Source: an uncultured Candidatus Peribacteria bacterium
GTDB lineage: Bacteria > Patescibacteriota > Gracilibacteria > Peribacterales > Peribacteraceae
Length of the DNA stretch: 38,985 nucleotides
Assembly (NCBI GenBank): GCA_964373225.1
Contig: CAYJTW010000003.1
Coordinates: 1-38,985 of the forward strand
Reading direction: 5' to 3'
Shown here: piece by piece, positions 20,951 to 29,251 of the stretch
How the letters are laid out: every line of letters begins with the position of its first letter
How positions within the stretch are numbered: position 1 is the stretch's first letter
Notes under the pieces: generated by a model
Databases searched by the model: none
The model's input: only the letters and a program-made list of their open reading frames with translations
What the model was told of the DNA's origin: nothing
Position numbers and translations under genes: made by a program

Positions 20951-22153
20951 CTATTTCCACTGTGAAAAAAATTCTGCAAATACGTCGCGAATGTAGGTCA
21001 GCTCCTTCTCGCCGAACCCCTGGTGACACCCGATGTAGAACCCGCAGCGGTTGACCCAGTCGGCGACAGGATAGTCTTTTGCATTGATCTTCATCCACTC
21101 GTAGCAGGGCTGGTTGATGAGGGGCATCATCTCGCGCGTCTCCACGTTCCAGTCTTCCAGATGCTGGATGAGGTCGATTTTTTTGAAGGGGGCGTCATCG
21201 CGAACCACAATTGGGAACATCATGAAGGCGTGTTCCTGCTTTTTGCTGTCGTACCATGGGAGCTGGAGGAATTTTTCAAAGGGCTTGAGTAGCTCAATCA
21301 ACGCTGCAGCATTCGATTGGCGTGATTGCAAGATTTCCCCGAATCTCTCCAGCTGCCCAATGCCGATTGCGGCTTCCATTTCGGTCCCGCGGCAGCTGTA
21401 GCCCCGGCGAATAAAGCGGAAGCGTCGACGAATGACTTCATGGAACTTGGCGCCGTCGATATCTTTATCGTCATCAATGCTCACGTAGATGTTGTCGCGG
21501 CCGTGGTTCGCCAGGCTGCGGATGATCTCGACGTATTGTTTATTGTTCGTGACCGCGAGACCGCCGACACCCGTCACGACCAGGTGTGCGACGTAGGTGG
21601 AAAAACAACTGATGTCGCCAAACGATCCCGCAGGCTTGCCGCGGTAGTTCACGCCGACGGTTTCACAGCTGTCTTCAATGATTTTCAGATTGTGTCCTGT
21701 CGCAATCGCGAGGATCGGATCCATGTCCGCGATCTGGCCAAAAAGGTGGACCGGCATGATCGCGCGCGTCTTCTTCGTAATCCTCGCTTCAATCTTCTCC
21801 GGATCAATGTTGTACGTTTTCGGGTCGCAGTCGACGAACACCGGCATCAAATTGTGTTCGAGGATAACGTTGGCCGTCGCGACGAACGTCAGCGCCGGCA
21901 TCAGAACTTCATCACCATCTTTCCATCCACCGACTTCCTTCAAGCACGCGACGGCGATGCTCAGGGCATTCGTTCCACTGTTCACGAAGACCGCGTAGTC
22001 ACAGCCGTGCATCTGCGCGAAGCGCTTCTCGAACTCGCGGATGAACGGCCCGTAGGAGAGGCGGTTACTCTCGAGCACCTTCATCACATTCGCCTTCTCC
22101 CCGGCGGTGAGTTGCAGCGTGCCGACGCCGAGTTGGGTGGGATAACGTTTCAT
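20951..22153 (-). CDS. DegT/DnrJ/EryC1/StrS-fold PLP/PMP enzyme with His replacing the Schiff-base Lys: ColD/E1-type nucleotide-sugar 3-dehydratase candidate
   Basis: 400 aa from MKRYPTQLG; the ORF-track start at 22219 overlaps hepT. The fold motifs LSYGPFIREFEKRFA and VNSGTNAL are present. At the position of S-F-x-x-x-K-x-x-x-x-G-E-G-G the sequence is C-F-S-T-Y-V-A-H-L-V-V-T-G-V-G-G. Confidence 0.75.
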   Translation of the reverse strand: MKRYPTQLGVGTLQLTAGEKANVMKVLESNRLSYGPFIREFEKRFAQMHGCDYAVFVNSGTNALSIAVACLKEVGGWKDGDEVLMPALTFVATANVILEHNLMPVFVDCDPKTYNIDPEKIEARITKKTRAIMPVHLFGQIADMDPILAIATGHNLKIIEDSCETVGVNYRGKPAGSFGDISCFSTYVAHLVVTGVGGLAVTNNKQYVEIIRSLANHGRDNIYVSIDDDKDIDGAKFHEVIRRRFRFIRRGYSCRGTEMEAAIGIGQLERFGEILQSRQSNAAALIELLKPFEKFLQLPWYDSKKQEHAFMMFPIVVRDDAPFKKIDLIQHLEDWNVETREMMPLINQPCYEWMKINAKDYPVADWVNRCGFYIGCHQGFGEKELTYIRDVFAEFFSQWK

Positions 22154-22158
22154 TGAGT

Positions 22159-22485
22159 TTAAATGCATTTTTTCAATGCCTCCAGCAGTCCGGGCAAATC
22201 TTCTTGATATGTCTTCCATAAAATTTCCAGATCCACTTCAAAGTAATGACGGATGAGCTTGTTCCGCATACTAATTATTTTGGAAAAGGGAAATTCTGCA
22301 TGCTTTTTCCTGAATTCGGGGGTCAGCTTTCCAGTCGCTTCTCCCAAAATTTCAAATAATCGCACGCATGCGTGCATACGCAGAGGATCCTGCACGAATT
22401 GTGCATACGTGTGATCTGCGAGGATGTTCTGGATTTCGCCGATCGCGTCGATCATATGCCGGACGAAAACTTCGTCGGTGTTCAT
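22159..22485 (-). CDS. hepT: HepT-type HEPN toxin (DUF86)
   Basis: 108 aa. The MRNKLIRHYFEVD motif fits HEPN Rx4-6H. ATGA-type 4-nt overlap with the upstream MNT gene. Confidence 0.8.
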   Translation of the reverse strand: MNTDEVFVRHMIDAIGEIQNILADHTYAQFVQDPLRMHACVRLFEILGEATGKLTPEFRKKHAEFPFSKIISMRNKLIRHYFEVDLEILWKTYQEDLPGLLEALKKCI

Positions 22486-22787
22486 GCTGGTACTTCAAAG
22501 AGCGGATCAGCTTCTCTCATGACATCATTACGGAAGTACCTACTCAAGCTTTTTGGTGTGCAGAGGTCGACATGTCGACCAAGTGCTTTTGAGAGTTGTT
22601 CTTCAATATCTATTAATGCAAACATGCTGATCGGTTCTTTAAATTCGATGAGTAGGTCCACGTCACTGGTTTTCTTCGCCGTGCCATGTAAATGTGATCC
22701 AAAAAGAGAAATACGGCGGATATTCCCCCGATAAGGAGATTTTTTCAGCGCTACCTGCAAATGCCGTTGAATATCCTGCTTTTTCAC
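22482..22787 (-). CDS. mntA: MntA-type minimal nucleotidyltransferase antitoxin
   Basis: 101 aa. LFGSHLHGTAKKTSDVDLLIEF (G-S-x10-D-x-D nucleotidyltransferase motif). GTG start. Confidence 0.8.
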   Translation of the reverse strand: MKKQDIQRHLQVALKKSPYRGNIRRISLFGSHLHGTAKKTSDVDLLIEFKEPISMFALIDIEEQLSKALGRHVDLCTPKSLSRYFRNDVMREADPLFEVPA

Positions 22788-22793
22788 AGGATA

Positions 22794-22802
22794 ACTATAC
22801 CA
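22794..22802 (-). promoter_or_regulatory. Extended -10 element (TGGTATAGT) just upstream of mntA
   Basis: The minus strand reads TGGTATAGT followed by 6 nt (TATCCT) and the GTG start of mntA, which would imply a leaderless or near-leaderless mRNA. Confidence 0.35.
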
Positions 22803-22820
22803 TACGGAAGGAAATACCGC

Positions 22821-23525
22821 TTAGGATCTGCGCAAAATCACCATTTCTATCCAAACGGAAATCATCTCCTTCACCGTCGCCCAGACCGTGGCGAACCGCG
22901 CGCCCTGGCCCTTGCCGCCTTCGCGTTTGGCTTGGTCGATATCGATGGAGGTGATTCTGTATCCCCGATGGATCGCTTTGATCAGGCGCTCGGATTCCAC
23001 GAAGACGCTGGTCCCGCGGACGGGAATGGTCGTGAAGATCTCGCGCTTTACGGCTTTGATGCTGCCGGGGTCAAAGAGATCGATGCCGAAGAGGATGCGA
23101 ATGAACCAGCGGTGCCCCCACGAGATGCACTGGCGATACAACGTGTACTGTTTGGTCACGCGTTTGCAGACGATGATGTCGTAGCGATCCATCAAGGGAA
23201 TGCACTGTTTGAGCGCCTCGGGCGGGTATTCTCCGTCGCCGGAAATCAGGAAGATCCAGTCCCTGGTTGCCGCGCGATAGAGATCTTCAAACGTCTTCGC
23301 GATCCCGCCGTTCACTTCATGGCGCATCGCCCGCACTTCTTTGGGATGCGCGGCGGCGAACGCAGCAATGATCTGCGGCGTGCGGTCGCGGCTGCAGTCA
23401 TCGAGCACGATCAGTTCGCCCTCGGGCGAGCATTCTTGAATCACCCGCAAGGCACGCTCGAGCGTCTTCTGCAAAGAAACTTCTTCGTTGTAGGCCGCGA
23501 CGAGGAGGGAGACTGTCGGGGGCAT
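22821..23525 (-). CDS. GT2 family glycosyltransferase
   Basis: 234 aa. SLLVAAYNEE, VLDDCSRDRT, LISGDGEYPPEAL. Confidence 0.85.
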   Translation of the reverse strand: MPPTVSLLVAAYNEEVSLQKTLERALRVIQECSPEGELIVLDDCSRDRTPQIIAAFAAAHPKEVRAMRHEVNGGIAKTFEDLYRAATRDWIFLISGDGEYPPEALKQCIPLMDRYDIIVCKRVTKQYTLYRQCISWGHRWFIRILFGIDLFDPGSIKAVKREIFTTIPVRGTSVFVESERLIKAIHRGYRITSIDIDQAKREGGKGQGARFATVWATVKEMISVWIEMVILRRS

Positions 23526-23542
23526 CGGATGTGTACAATCAA

Positions 23543-24646
23543 TCAGGAGAGCGCGGAACGCAAGGCTTTGACGACATGATCCTGCTGCTGCTCAGTCATT
23601 TCAGGATAGAGAGGAAGCGACAGCATCTCCGTCGCCAGCCGCTCACTCACCGGGAAATCTCCCGCATGGTAGCCGAGGGAAGCCGCCGCGGGCTGCAAGT
23701 GGATCGGGATCGGATAGTGGATGCCTGTCTCGATGCCCACATCGAGAAGCTTTGCCTTCACGATGTCGCGATTCGGGATACGAATGACGAAGAGATGATA
23801 GATGTGTTCCCGATTCGGTTGTTCGCTCATGATCGTCACGTTCTTCATCCCGGCGAGGAGTTCACGGTAACGAGCGGCATGCGCGCGGCGCTTCTGATTC
23901 CAGGCATCGAGATGACTCAGCTTCGCGCGCAGGATCGCCCCCTGCATGCCATCCATGCGTTCGGTGCGTCCCACGATCAGATGCTCGTACTTTTTCTTCA
24001 TCCCGTGCTCGCGGAACATCGTCACGTAGTCCGCGACGACGGCATCACCGGTCGTGATTGCTCCGGCATCACCGAAGGCGCCGAGATTCTTGCCGGGGTA
24101 GAAGCTGAAGGCTGCGGCATCGGCGAGCGAGCCGGTCCGTTTTCCGTTATATGTCGCACCATGCGCCTGACAGGCGTCTTCGATCACCAGAATCTTCTTC
24201 GCCTTCGCGAGCGTCAGGATTTCATCCATGTCCGCGGGCTGGCCGAAGAGATGGACGGGGATGATGACGCGAGTCTTCGGCGTGATCGCTTCGGCGATCT
24301 TCTTCACATCGATCAATCCCGTGTCCTCGACGGCGTCGACCAGGACCGGGCGCCCCCCCGCGAAGATCACCGCCTCCGCCGTCGCGAAGAACGTGTTCGC
24401 CGGCAGAATCACCTCGTCTCCGGGTTTGAGTCCGTATGCCCGGAGCAGCAATTCCAGCGCGGCGGTGCCGGAACTGAGCCCCACGCACCTCGGGACCTCA
24501 CAGAATGCGGCGAATTCTTTCTCGAATGCCGCCACTTCCGGCCCTCCGGCAAAGGTCGAGTTTTCGATGACGCGTGCAATTGCCGTATCGATCTCGCTCT
24601 GCATCGAAACGTATTGGGCGTGGAGGTCAACGAGTGGGATCTTCAT
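23543..24646 (-). CDS. DegT/DnrJ/EryC1/StrS aminotransferase (nucleotide-sugar 3- or 4-aminotransferase, FdtB/QdtB-like by context)
   Basis: 367 aa. IPLVDL, GGPEVAAFEKEFA, LSSGTAALEL, and FSFYPGKNLGAFGDAG with the catalytic Lys present. Confidence 0.9.
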   Translation of the reverse strand: MKIPLVDLHAQYVSMQSEIDTAIARVIENSTFAGGPEVAAFEKEFAAFCEVPRCVGLSSGTAALELLLRAYGLKPGDEVILPANTFFATAEAVIFAGGRPVLVDAVEDTGLIDVKKIAEAITPKTRVIIPVHLFGQPADMDEILTLAKAKKILVIEDACQAHGATYNGKRTGSLADAAAFSFYPGKNLGAFGDAGAITTGDAVVADYVTMFREHGMKKKYEHLIVGRTERMDGMQGAILRAKLSHLDAWNQKRRAHAARYRELLAGMKNVTIMSEQPNREHIYHLFVIRIPNRDIVKAKLLDVGIETGIHYPIPIHLQPAAASLGYHAGDFPVSERLATEMLSLPLYPEMTEQQQDHVVKALRSALS

Positions 24647-25137
24647 AGTGAGAGTTGAGAGTCACTTCCCTTCGCGAGCGGACGTGCAGGATTTCCCACG
24701 ACAGTCGCGCCAGCGGGAACATCACGTGTCACCACCGACCCCGCCCCGATAAGCGCGCCTTCGCCGATGGTGATGCCGGGGAGAATCACGGCACCGGAAC
24801 CGATCGTCGCTCCTTTCTTGACGAGCGTCTTTTCCAGAATCCAGTCACCCTCTCCCGTCTGCTTGCCGTCTTTGGTGAGCGCCCGCGGGGTCCGGTCGTT
24901 GTTGAACATCACGCCGTGACCGATGAAACATCCATCCTCGATCGTCACGCCTTCGCAGATGAAGGTGTGACTCTGGATCCGGCAATCGCGGCCGATGGCC
25001 GCCCCCTTCTGAATCTCCACGAACGTGCCGATGCGCGTACCGTTTCCAATGGAGCAGCCGTAGAGGTTGACGAAATCGCGGATGATCACGTCTTTGCCGA
25101 GGATGACATCTTTGGCGATGAGTTTGAGGTCGGGCAT
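24643..25137 (-). CDS. Hexapeptide-repeat (left-handed beta-helix) acyl/acetyltransferase, FdtC/QdtC/WbbJ-like
   Basis: 164 aa, with repeated [LIV]G..... hexapeptides (IGNGTRIGTFVEI, IGRDCRIQSHTFI, IGSGAVILPGITIGEGALIGAGSVV). 4-nt overlap with the aminotransferase start. Confidence 0.85.
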   Translation of the reverse strand: MPDLKLIAKDVILGKDVIIRDFVNLYGCSIGNGTRIGTFVEIQKGAAIGRDCRIQSHTFICEGVTIEDGCFIGHGVMFNNDRTPRALTKDGKQTGEGDWILEKTLVKKGATIGSGAVILPGITIGEGALIGAGSVVTRDVPAGATVVGNPARPLAKGSDSQLSL

Positions 25138-25164
25138 GGATTCAGTATACAGTAGCCAAGTTCT

Positions 25165-26100
25165 ATGAAGAGATTACTTGTAACCGGAGGGTTAGGCTTC
25201 ATCGGCTCTCACTTCGTCCAAATGGCATTGGAGCGGGGATGCCACGTGATCAATGTGGACAAGAACACGTACGCCGCGCGGAAAAATCTGGGCTTCGAGA
25301 CATTCAAGAACTATGAATTCATCGAAGCCGATATCTGCACAATGACGCATCTTCCCCCGGGCGTCGACTTCGTCGTCAACTTCGCCGCCGAGAGTCACGT
25401 GGATAATTCCATCACCGCCAACCGCGTCTTCTTCGAATCGAACGCATACGGCGTCTACAATCTCCTCGAACTCATCCGCGCCAAGAACGAAACCGACCGG
25501 CCGGTCTTCCTCCACATCTCCACCGACGAAGTCTACGGCTCGCACATGACGGGGGAGTGCACCGAGGACAGCAAGCTCTACCCCTCCAGTCCGTACTCGG
25601 CCACAAAGGCCGCCGCCGATGAACTCATCTACGCGTGGTACAAAACCTACGGCATCAAATACATCATCTGCCGCAGCTGCAACAACTACGGCATCGGGCA
25701 ACATCCCGAGAAGCTCTTCGCCAAAACGTTCGATCATCTCTTCAACAGCAAAAAAATGACCGTGCACGGCGACGGCTCGTATAAGCGCGAGTGGCTGTAC
25801 GTGGGCGACAACTGCGAAGCCATTCTCACGGTCCTCGAAAAGGGCAAGACCGGCGAGGTCTACAATATTTCGAGCAACGAAGAGCGCAGCGTGGTCGATG
25901 TGGTGAAGATGATCATCACGGGCATCGGTCGAAAGCCCGAAGAATGGATCGAGTTTATTCCCAACCGCTTCGGGCAGGACGGCCGCTACGCGATCAACTG
26001 CGACAAAGTGAAGGCGCTCGGCTGGAAGCCGACGATGACGCTCCAGCGCTACATTCCGCAGTACGCTGAAATCTACAAGAAGACGTATGGATCCGTATAG
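25165..26100 (+). CDS. rmlB: dTDP-glucose 4,6-dehydratase
   Basis: 311 aa. LLVTGGLGFIGSHFV, FAAESHVDNSI, STDEVYG, YSATKAAADEL. Length and motifs fit the short RmlB type. Confidence 0.85.
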   Translation: MKRLLVTGGLGFIGSHFVQMALERGCHVINVDKNTYAARKNLGFETFKNYEFIEADICTMTHLPPGVDFVVNFAAESHVDNSITANRVFFESNAYGVYNLLELIRAKNETDRPVFLHISTDEVYGSHMTGECTEDSKLYPSSPYSATKAAADELIYAWYKTYGIKYIICRSCNNYGIGQHPEKLFAKTFDHLFNSKKMTVHGDGSYKREWLYVGDNCEAILTVLEKGKTGEVYNISSNEERSVVDVVKMIITGIGRKPEEWIEFIPNRFGQDGRYAINCDKVKALGWKPTMTLQRYIPQYAEIYKKTYGSV

Positions 26101-26500
26101 CTTGATCGACATTACCGGCTCGGATACGGGGAACGGTTCTCTCGCGATGTTTCAGCATGGCGGGCCTCGCGGTGTTATCCCCTTCGACATCAAAAAAGTC
26201 CTCGTCGTTTCGGGCATGAAGCCGGGCGATGTCCGCGGCAACCATGCGCACCGGCAGACGCAGGAGGTGGTCGTCGCCATCCGCGGGGGCTGCGACTTCG
26301 AAATCGATGATGGCACGGCCAAGCACACGGTCACGCTCAGTGGCATGGAGAAGGGGCTTCTCCTGCCGCCGCGCGTGTGGCGCACGTTCACGAATTTCCA
26401 AAAAGACACGATTCTTCTGGTCATCGCCGACCAGGAATACGACGAAGAGGAGTACGTGCGCAGTTACGAGGATTTTCGGAAGATGATTCTGAATCTCTGA
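26087..26500 (+). CDS. WxcM/FdtA-like cupin: dTDP-4-keto-6-deoxyglucose 3,4-ketoisomerase candidate
   Basis: 137 aa. PFDIKKVLVVSG....VRGNHAHR...EVVVAI.G...F..DDG......L......LL.PP.VW..F..F is typical of FdtA/QdtA-type isomerases. Overlaps the rmlB 3' end by 14 nt. Confidence 0.75.
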   Translation: MDPYSLIDITGSDTGNGSLAMFQHGGPRGVIPFDIKKVLVVSGMKPGDVRGNHAHRQTQEVVVAIRGGCDFEIDDGTAKHTVTLSGMEKGLLLPPRVWRTFTNFQKDTILLVIADQEYDEEEYVRSYEDFRKMILNL

Positions 26501-26505
26501 AAAAC

Positions 26506-27987
26506 TCACCGGAAATCTGCAATAGTCAGGACAGGCGTCGTATCCAGCGCATCCCACGCCCCGGTCTGCGTCAGAAAGAGAATTGCGCAGAGACTCAAAC
26601 ACAGGAGTGGAGCAGTCCGGCTCCATCCGGTTCGTCGCGAACTTCGTTGTATCGTCCAGATCGCAGCGGCGATTCCCGGCGGTGCGAGAAAGAGCCCGTA
26701 CCGGGACTCGATCGAGAGAGGAAGGCTGATGAAAAAGTAGGCGATCGGGAAAAGCAGGAGCGTCAGCATCACATTTTTCCACCGGCGGTGGAGCAGCAGA
26801 TTTCCCCAGGAGAGGATCAGCAGAAGGAAGCCGCCGAAAGCCGCTGCCCCAAATGCTCTGTTCATCATCTTCACCGGCAGCGGCGTCACCTGCGTTGCAT
26901 AGGTATTCAGATGATAATTATCGAAGAGTCCGATACTTTTCTTTGTCAGATACACCGGCATGCGCACGATATTTTTTGCGTAACATCGCAGCAGATCGGC
27001 CAGAGGCGACGTTTCTCCGATCGAGCAATGATCCGCGAACGATTGCAGGAACGGATCAGACGCAATCACGATGTGTCCCGCGCCATCCGGCGTCACCTGG
27101 GTATAGACGCGGGCGCTTTTTTGTCCCACGTGGAGAAGAAACGGCGTCAGTACACGCGCGTCGAGTGGCGTCACCACACACGGATAGCCCGCTTGAGCTG
27201 CGCAGGCGATGATGCGCGGAGCGAGAACAATGACGTAGAGCAGCGCTGTCAGCAGGGGCAATGAGAGCATCGCAATGTTCTGCGACGGCGCCGTTTTCCT
27301 GTTCGTCATACTCAGGAGTAGCCATCCCGCGAGCAATGCCACGATTGCGAGGTTGTAGGACGGCCGTGTCCAGACGCCGGCGGCAAGAAAGAATCCCGCA
27401 GCGGCAGCGAACGATCGTCTGCCTGTCGCGAGCGAGAGTCCGCAAACGCCTGCTCCGAGCAGCATCAGACTGACGCTGAGTGAATCGGCAATGGGGAGCG
27501 CTGCGTGCGAGGTGAGGCCGGGGTGAAGGAGAAAGAGCATGAGGGCGGCCGGATGGAGCGCGAAGCCGAGCCGGCGGATCGCCATAAACAAGATCACTGC
27601 CGCAAAAAAGTGCAGTGCGAGCGCGCTCACCGCGGAAAAATTCACCCACATCCGGGTATCCGTCACGCCAAGAGTTCTCAAACCGTATTTGTGCATCGCG
27701 AGGAACGCCGGATATCCGATGGGCCGGTAGGTGGCCACCGTGAAGGGAATGAGCCAGAGGCGCGCGGGGAGTGCGATCGCGGACGATGTTTCTTTTCCCA
27801 CGGGGAGGGGATCGCCCGTGATGCGCGATTCAATCCGAAGGCTATCCGCCGAATGCACATAATCGTTTGCATCACAGCACGTGAGGCCGCGCAGCTGCGG
27901 CGGAAGATTCAGGTTCAAAAGAAACCAGGACGTTCCAAGCACGATGCCGAGAATCGCCCAGACGAAGAAGGGTGAACATTTTGGCAC
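26506..27987 (-). CDS. Polytopic membrane protein, possible GT-C-type glycosyltransferase or glycan polymerase
   Basis: 493 aa with about 11 hydrophobic segments. CCDANDYVHSA and YRPIGYPAFL in the first loop region are loosely GT-C-like. The function is an inference. Confidence 0.5.
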   Translation of the reverse strand: MPKCSPFFVWAILGIVLGTSWFLLNLNLPPQLRGLTCCDANDYVHSADSLRIESRITGDPLPVGKETSSAIALPARLWLIPFTVATYRPIGYPAFLAMHKYGLRTLGVTDTRMWVNFSAVSALALHFFAAVILFMAIRRLGFALHPAALMLFLLHPGLTSHAALPIADSLSVSLMLLGAGVCGLSLATGRRSFAAAAGFFLAAGVWTRPSYNLAIVALLAGWLLLSMTNRKTAPSQNIAMLSLPLLTALLYVIVLAPRIIACAAQAGYPCVVTPLDARVLTPFLLHVGQKSARVYTQVTPDGAGHIVIASDPFLQSFADHCSIGETSPLADLLRCYAKNIVRMPVYLTKKSIGLFDNYHLNTYATQVTPLPVKMMNRAFGAAAFGGFLLLILSWGNLLLHRRWKNVMLTLLLFPIAYFFISLPLSIESRYGLFLAPPGIAAAIWTIQRSSRRTGWSRTAPLLCLSLCAILFLTQTGAWDALDTTPVLTIADFR

Positions 27988-28179
27988 AGGCGTATAGTAT
28001 AGCCCCTATGCCCCCATCGATCCCGAAGAGCGTATTTTCGAATCATGGTCGAAGAACGTCGCCGAACCGGAGGACCGGATCAAAGACACCTGGAAGAAAG
28101 TGAAGGAGACGGAGTATTTCGAAGTGTATAAAAGATGATCACTTGATCTCTTGCGAGCAGGGTGTACATTCATTCACCT

Positions 28180-29022
28180 ATGGCTACTCCTTCTCTCCCG
28201 GACACCCGCATTGCACTCTTCCGTGGCAAAGAGATTCGCAAGACTCTTCACGGGAATGAATGGTGGTTTGTCATTGAGGATGTCGTTGCCGTCCTGACCG
28301 ACTCGGTGGACCCCAAAGGGTATATCCGTGATTTACGGCGTCGGGATGAAGAAATATCGAAGGGGTGGGGGCAAATTGCCCATACCCTTTGGATTGAAAC
28401 CGAAGGAGGAAGGCAACAAATGAATTGCGCCAACACCGAAGGCATCTTCCGTATCATCCAATCCATCCCCTCTCCAAAGGCCGAACCCTTCAAGCGCTGG
28501 CTCGCAAAAGTGGGCTATGAACGTGTGCAGGAAATCGAAGACCCGGAACTGGCAACCAAGCGCACACGCGCCCTCTACAAAGCCAAGGGTTATCCCGACG
28601 ATTGGATCGAGAAACGTATGCGCGGTATCGCCGTCCGCGAACAACTCACGGATGAGTGGAAGAATCGTGGAGTAAAGGAGGGGCAGGAATATGCCATTCT
28701 GACGGCGGAAATTTCCAAGGCGACATTCGGCATCACGCCCGCGGAGTACAAGGAGAAGAAAAGACTCAAGCGCGAGAATCTTCGCGACCATATGAACGAT
28801 CTGGAACTCATCTTCACGATGCTCGGTGAAGCGGCGACGACGGAAATTACGCAGAAGAAGGATGCACGAGGTTTCCCACAGAATCGTGTTGCGGCCAAGA
28901 AAGGTGGGAAGATCGCGGGAGATGCACGGAAGAAGTTGGAATTGGAGAGCGGGAAGCCAGTGGTGTCTGGGGAAAACTATCTCGATCTTCCGGAAAAAAG
29001 ACAGCCGCAAGAGCTTTTGTAG
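28180..29022 (+). CDS. Bro-N (BRO family N-terminal) domain protein, phage/mobile-element-associated
   Basis: FRGKEIRKTLHGNEWWFVIEDVVAVLTDS matches the Bro-N pattern (F....IR......E.WF.A.DV...L). It has a basic, helical C-terminal half. The ATG at 28180 is preferred over the GTG at 28162. Confidence 0.75.
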   Translation: MATPSLPDTRIALFRGKEIRKTLHGNEWWFVIEDVVAVLTDSVDPKGYIRDLRRRDEEISKGWGQIAHTLWIETEGGRQQMNCANTEGIFRIIQSIPSPKAEPFKRWLAKVGYERVQEIEDPELATKRTRALYKAKGYPDDWIEKRMRGIAVREQLTDEWKNRGVKEGQEYAILTAEISKATFGITPAEYKEKKRLKRENLRDHMNDLELIFTMLGEAATTEITQKKDARGFPQNRVAAKKGGKIAGDARKKLELESGKPVVSGENYLDLPEKRQPQELL

Positions 29023-29040
29023 GAAACATGTGCATTACGG

Positions 29041-29053
29041 TGGAGCCGCCCAC
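29041..29053. repeat. 13-nt direct duplicate of the tRNA-Thr 3' end
   Basis: TGGAGCCGCCCAC occurs at 29041-29053 and at 29121-29133, which is the 3' acceptor/T-stem end of the tRNA on the minus strand. The copy is followed by its own 8-bp hairpin CCCACCCT/AGGGTGGG. Confidence 0.8.
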
Positions 29054-29120
29054 CCTTCGACGAGCTCAGGGTGGGTCGCAGATCATGCATTCAGAAACGC
29101 GAGTGGTCGTTGAAGAATTC

Positions 29121-29195
29121 TGGAGCCGCCCACGGGAATTGAACCCGTGACCCCATCCTTACCATGGATGTGCTCTACCTCTGAGCTAGGGCGGC
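29121..29195 (-). tRNA. tRNA-Thr (anticodon GGT), CCA encoded
   Basis: The hand-folded cloverleaf is GCCGCCC-TA-GCTC-AGAGGTA-GAGC-A-CATCC-ATGGTAA-GGATG-GGGTC-ACGGG-TTCAATT-CCCGT-GGGCGGC-T-CCA. All four stems are Watson-Crick paired. Confidence 0.92.
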
Positions 29196-29251
29196 TTGCA
29201 AAACGCCGAAACACCCTACCTTTCCCGCAGGAAACTCACAAGAATCCGCAA

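Noticed and set aside
25192-26112. 306-aa ORF antisense to rmlB. Similar long antisense ORFs lie at 23531..24658, 21326..22156, 9105..10370, 10377..11624, 8395..9219, 29147..30211, 15635..16285 and 1488..2209.
   Set aside because: These are shadow ORFs, typical of G+C-rich DNA. The opposite strand carries clear conserved enzyme motifs in each case. The antisense translations are Arg/Gly/Asp/His-rich low-complexity sequence with no recognisable domains.
27998-28138. Protein-like reading frame ..IDPEERIFESWSKNVAEPEDRIKDTWKKVKETEYFEVYKR* between the membrane-protein gene and the Bro-N gene.
   Set aside because: There is no ATG, GTG or TTG start after the upstream in-frame stop (TAG at 27995). 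It may be the C-terminal remnant of a disrupted gene, but that cannot be supported without a homology search. It is mentioned only as context for the tRNA-proximal scar.
28180-29022. An intact prophage or integrative element around the Bro-N gene.
   Set aside because: Only one mobile-element-type gene is present. There are no integrase, capsid, terminase or repressor genes, and the att-like repeats are only 80 bp apart. At most this is a remnant.
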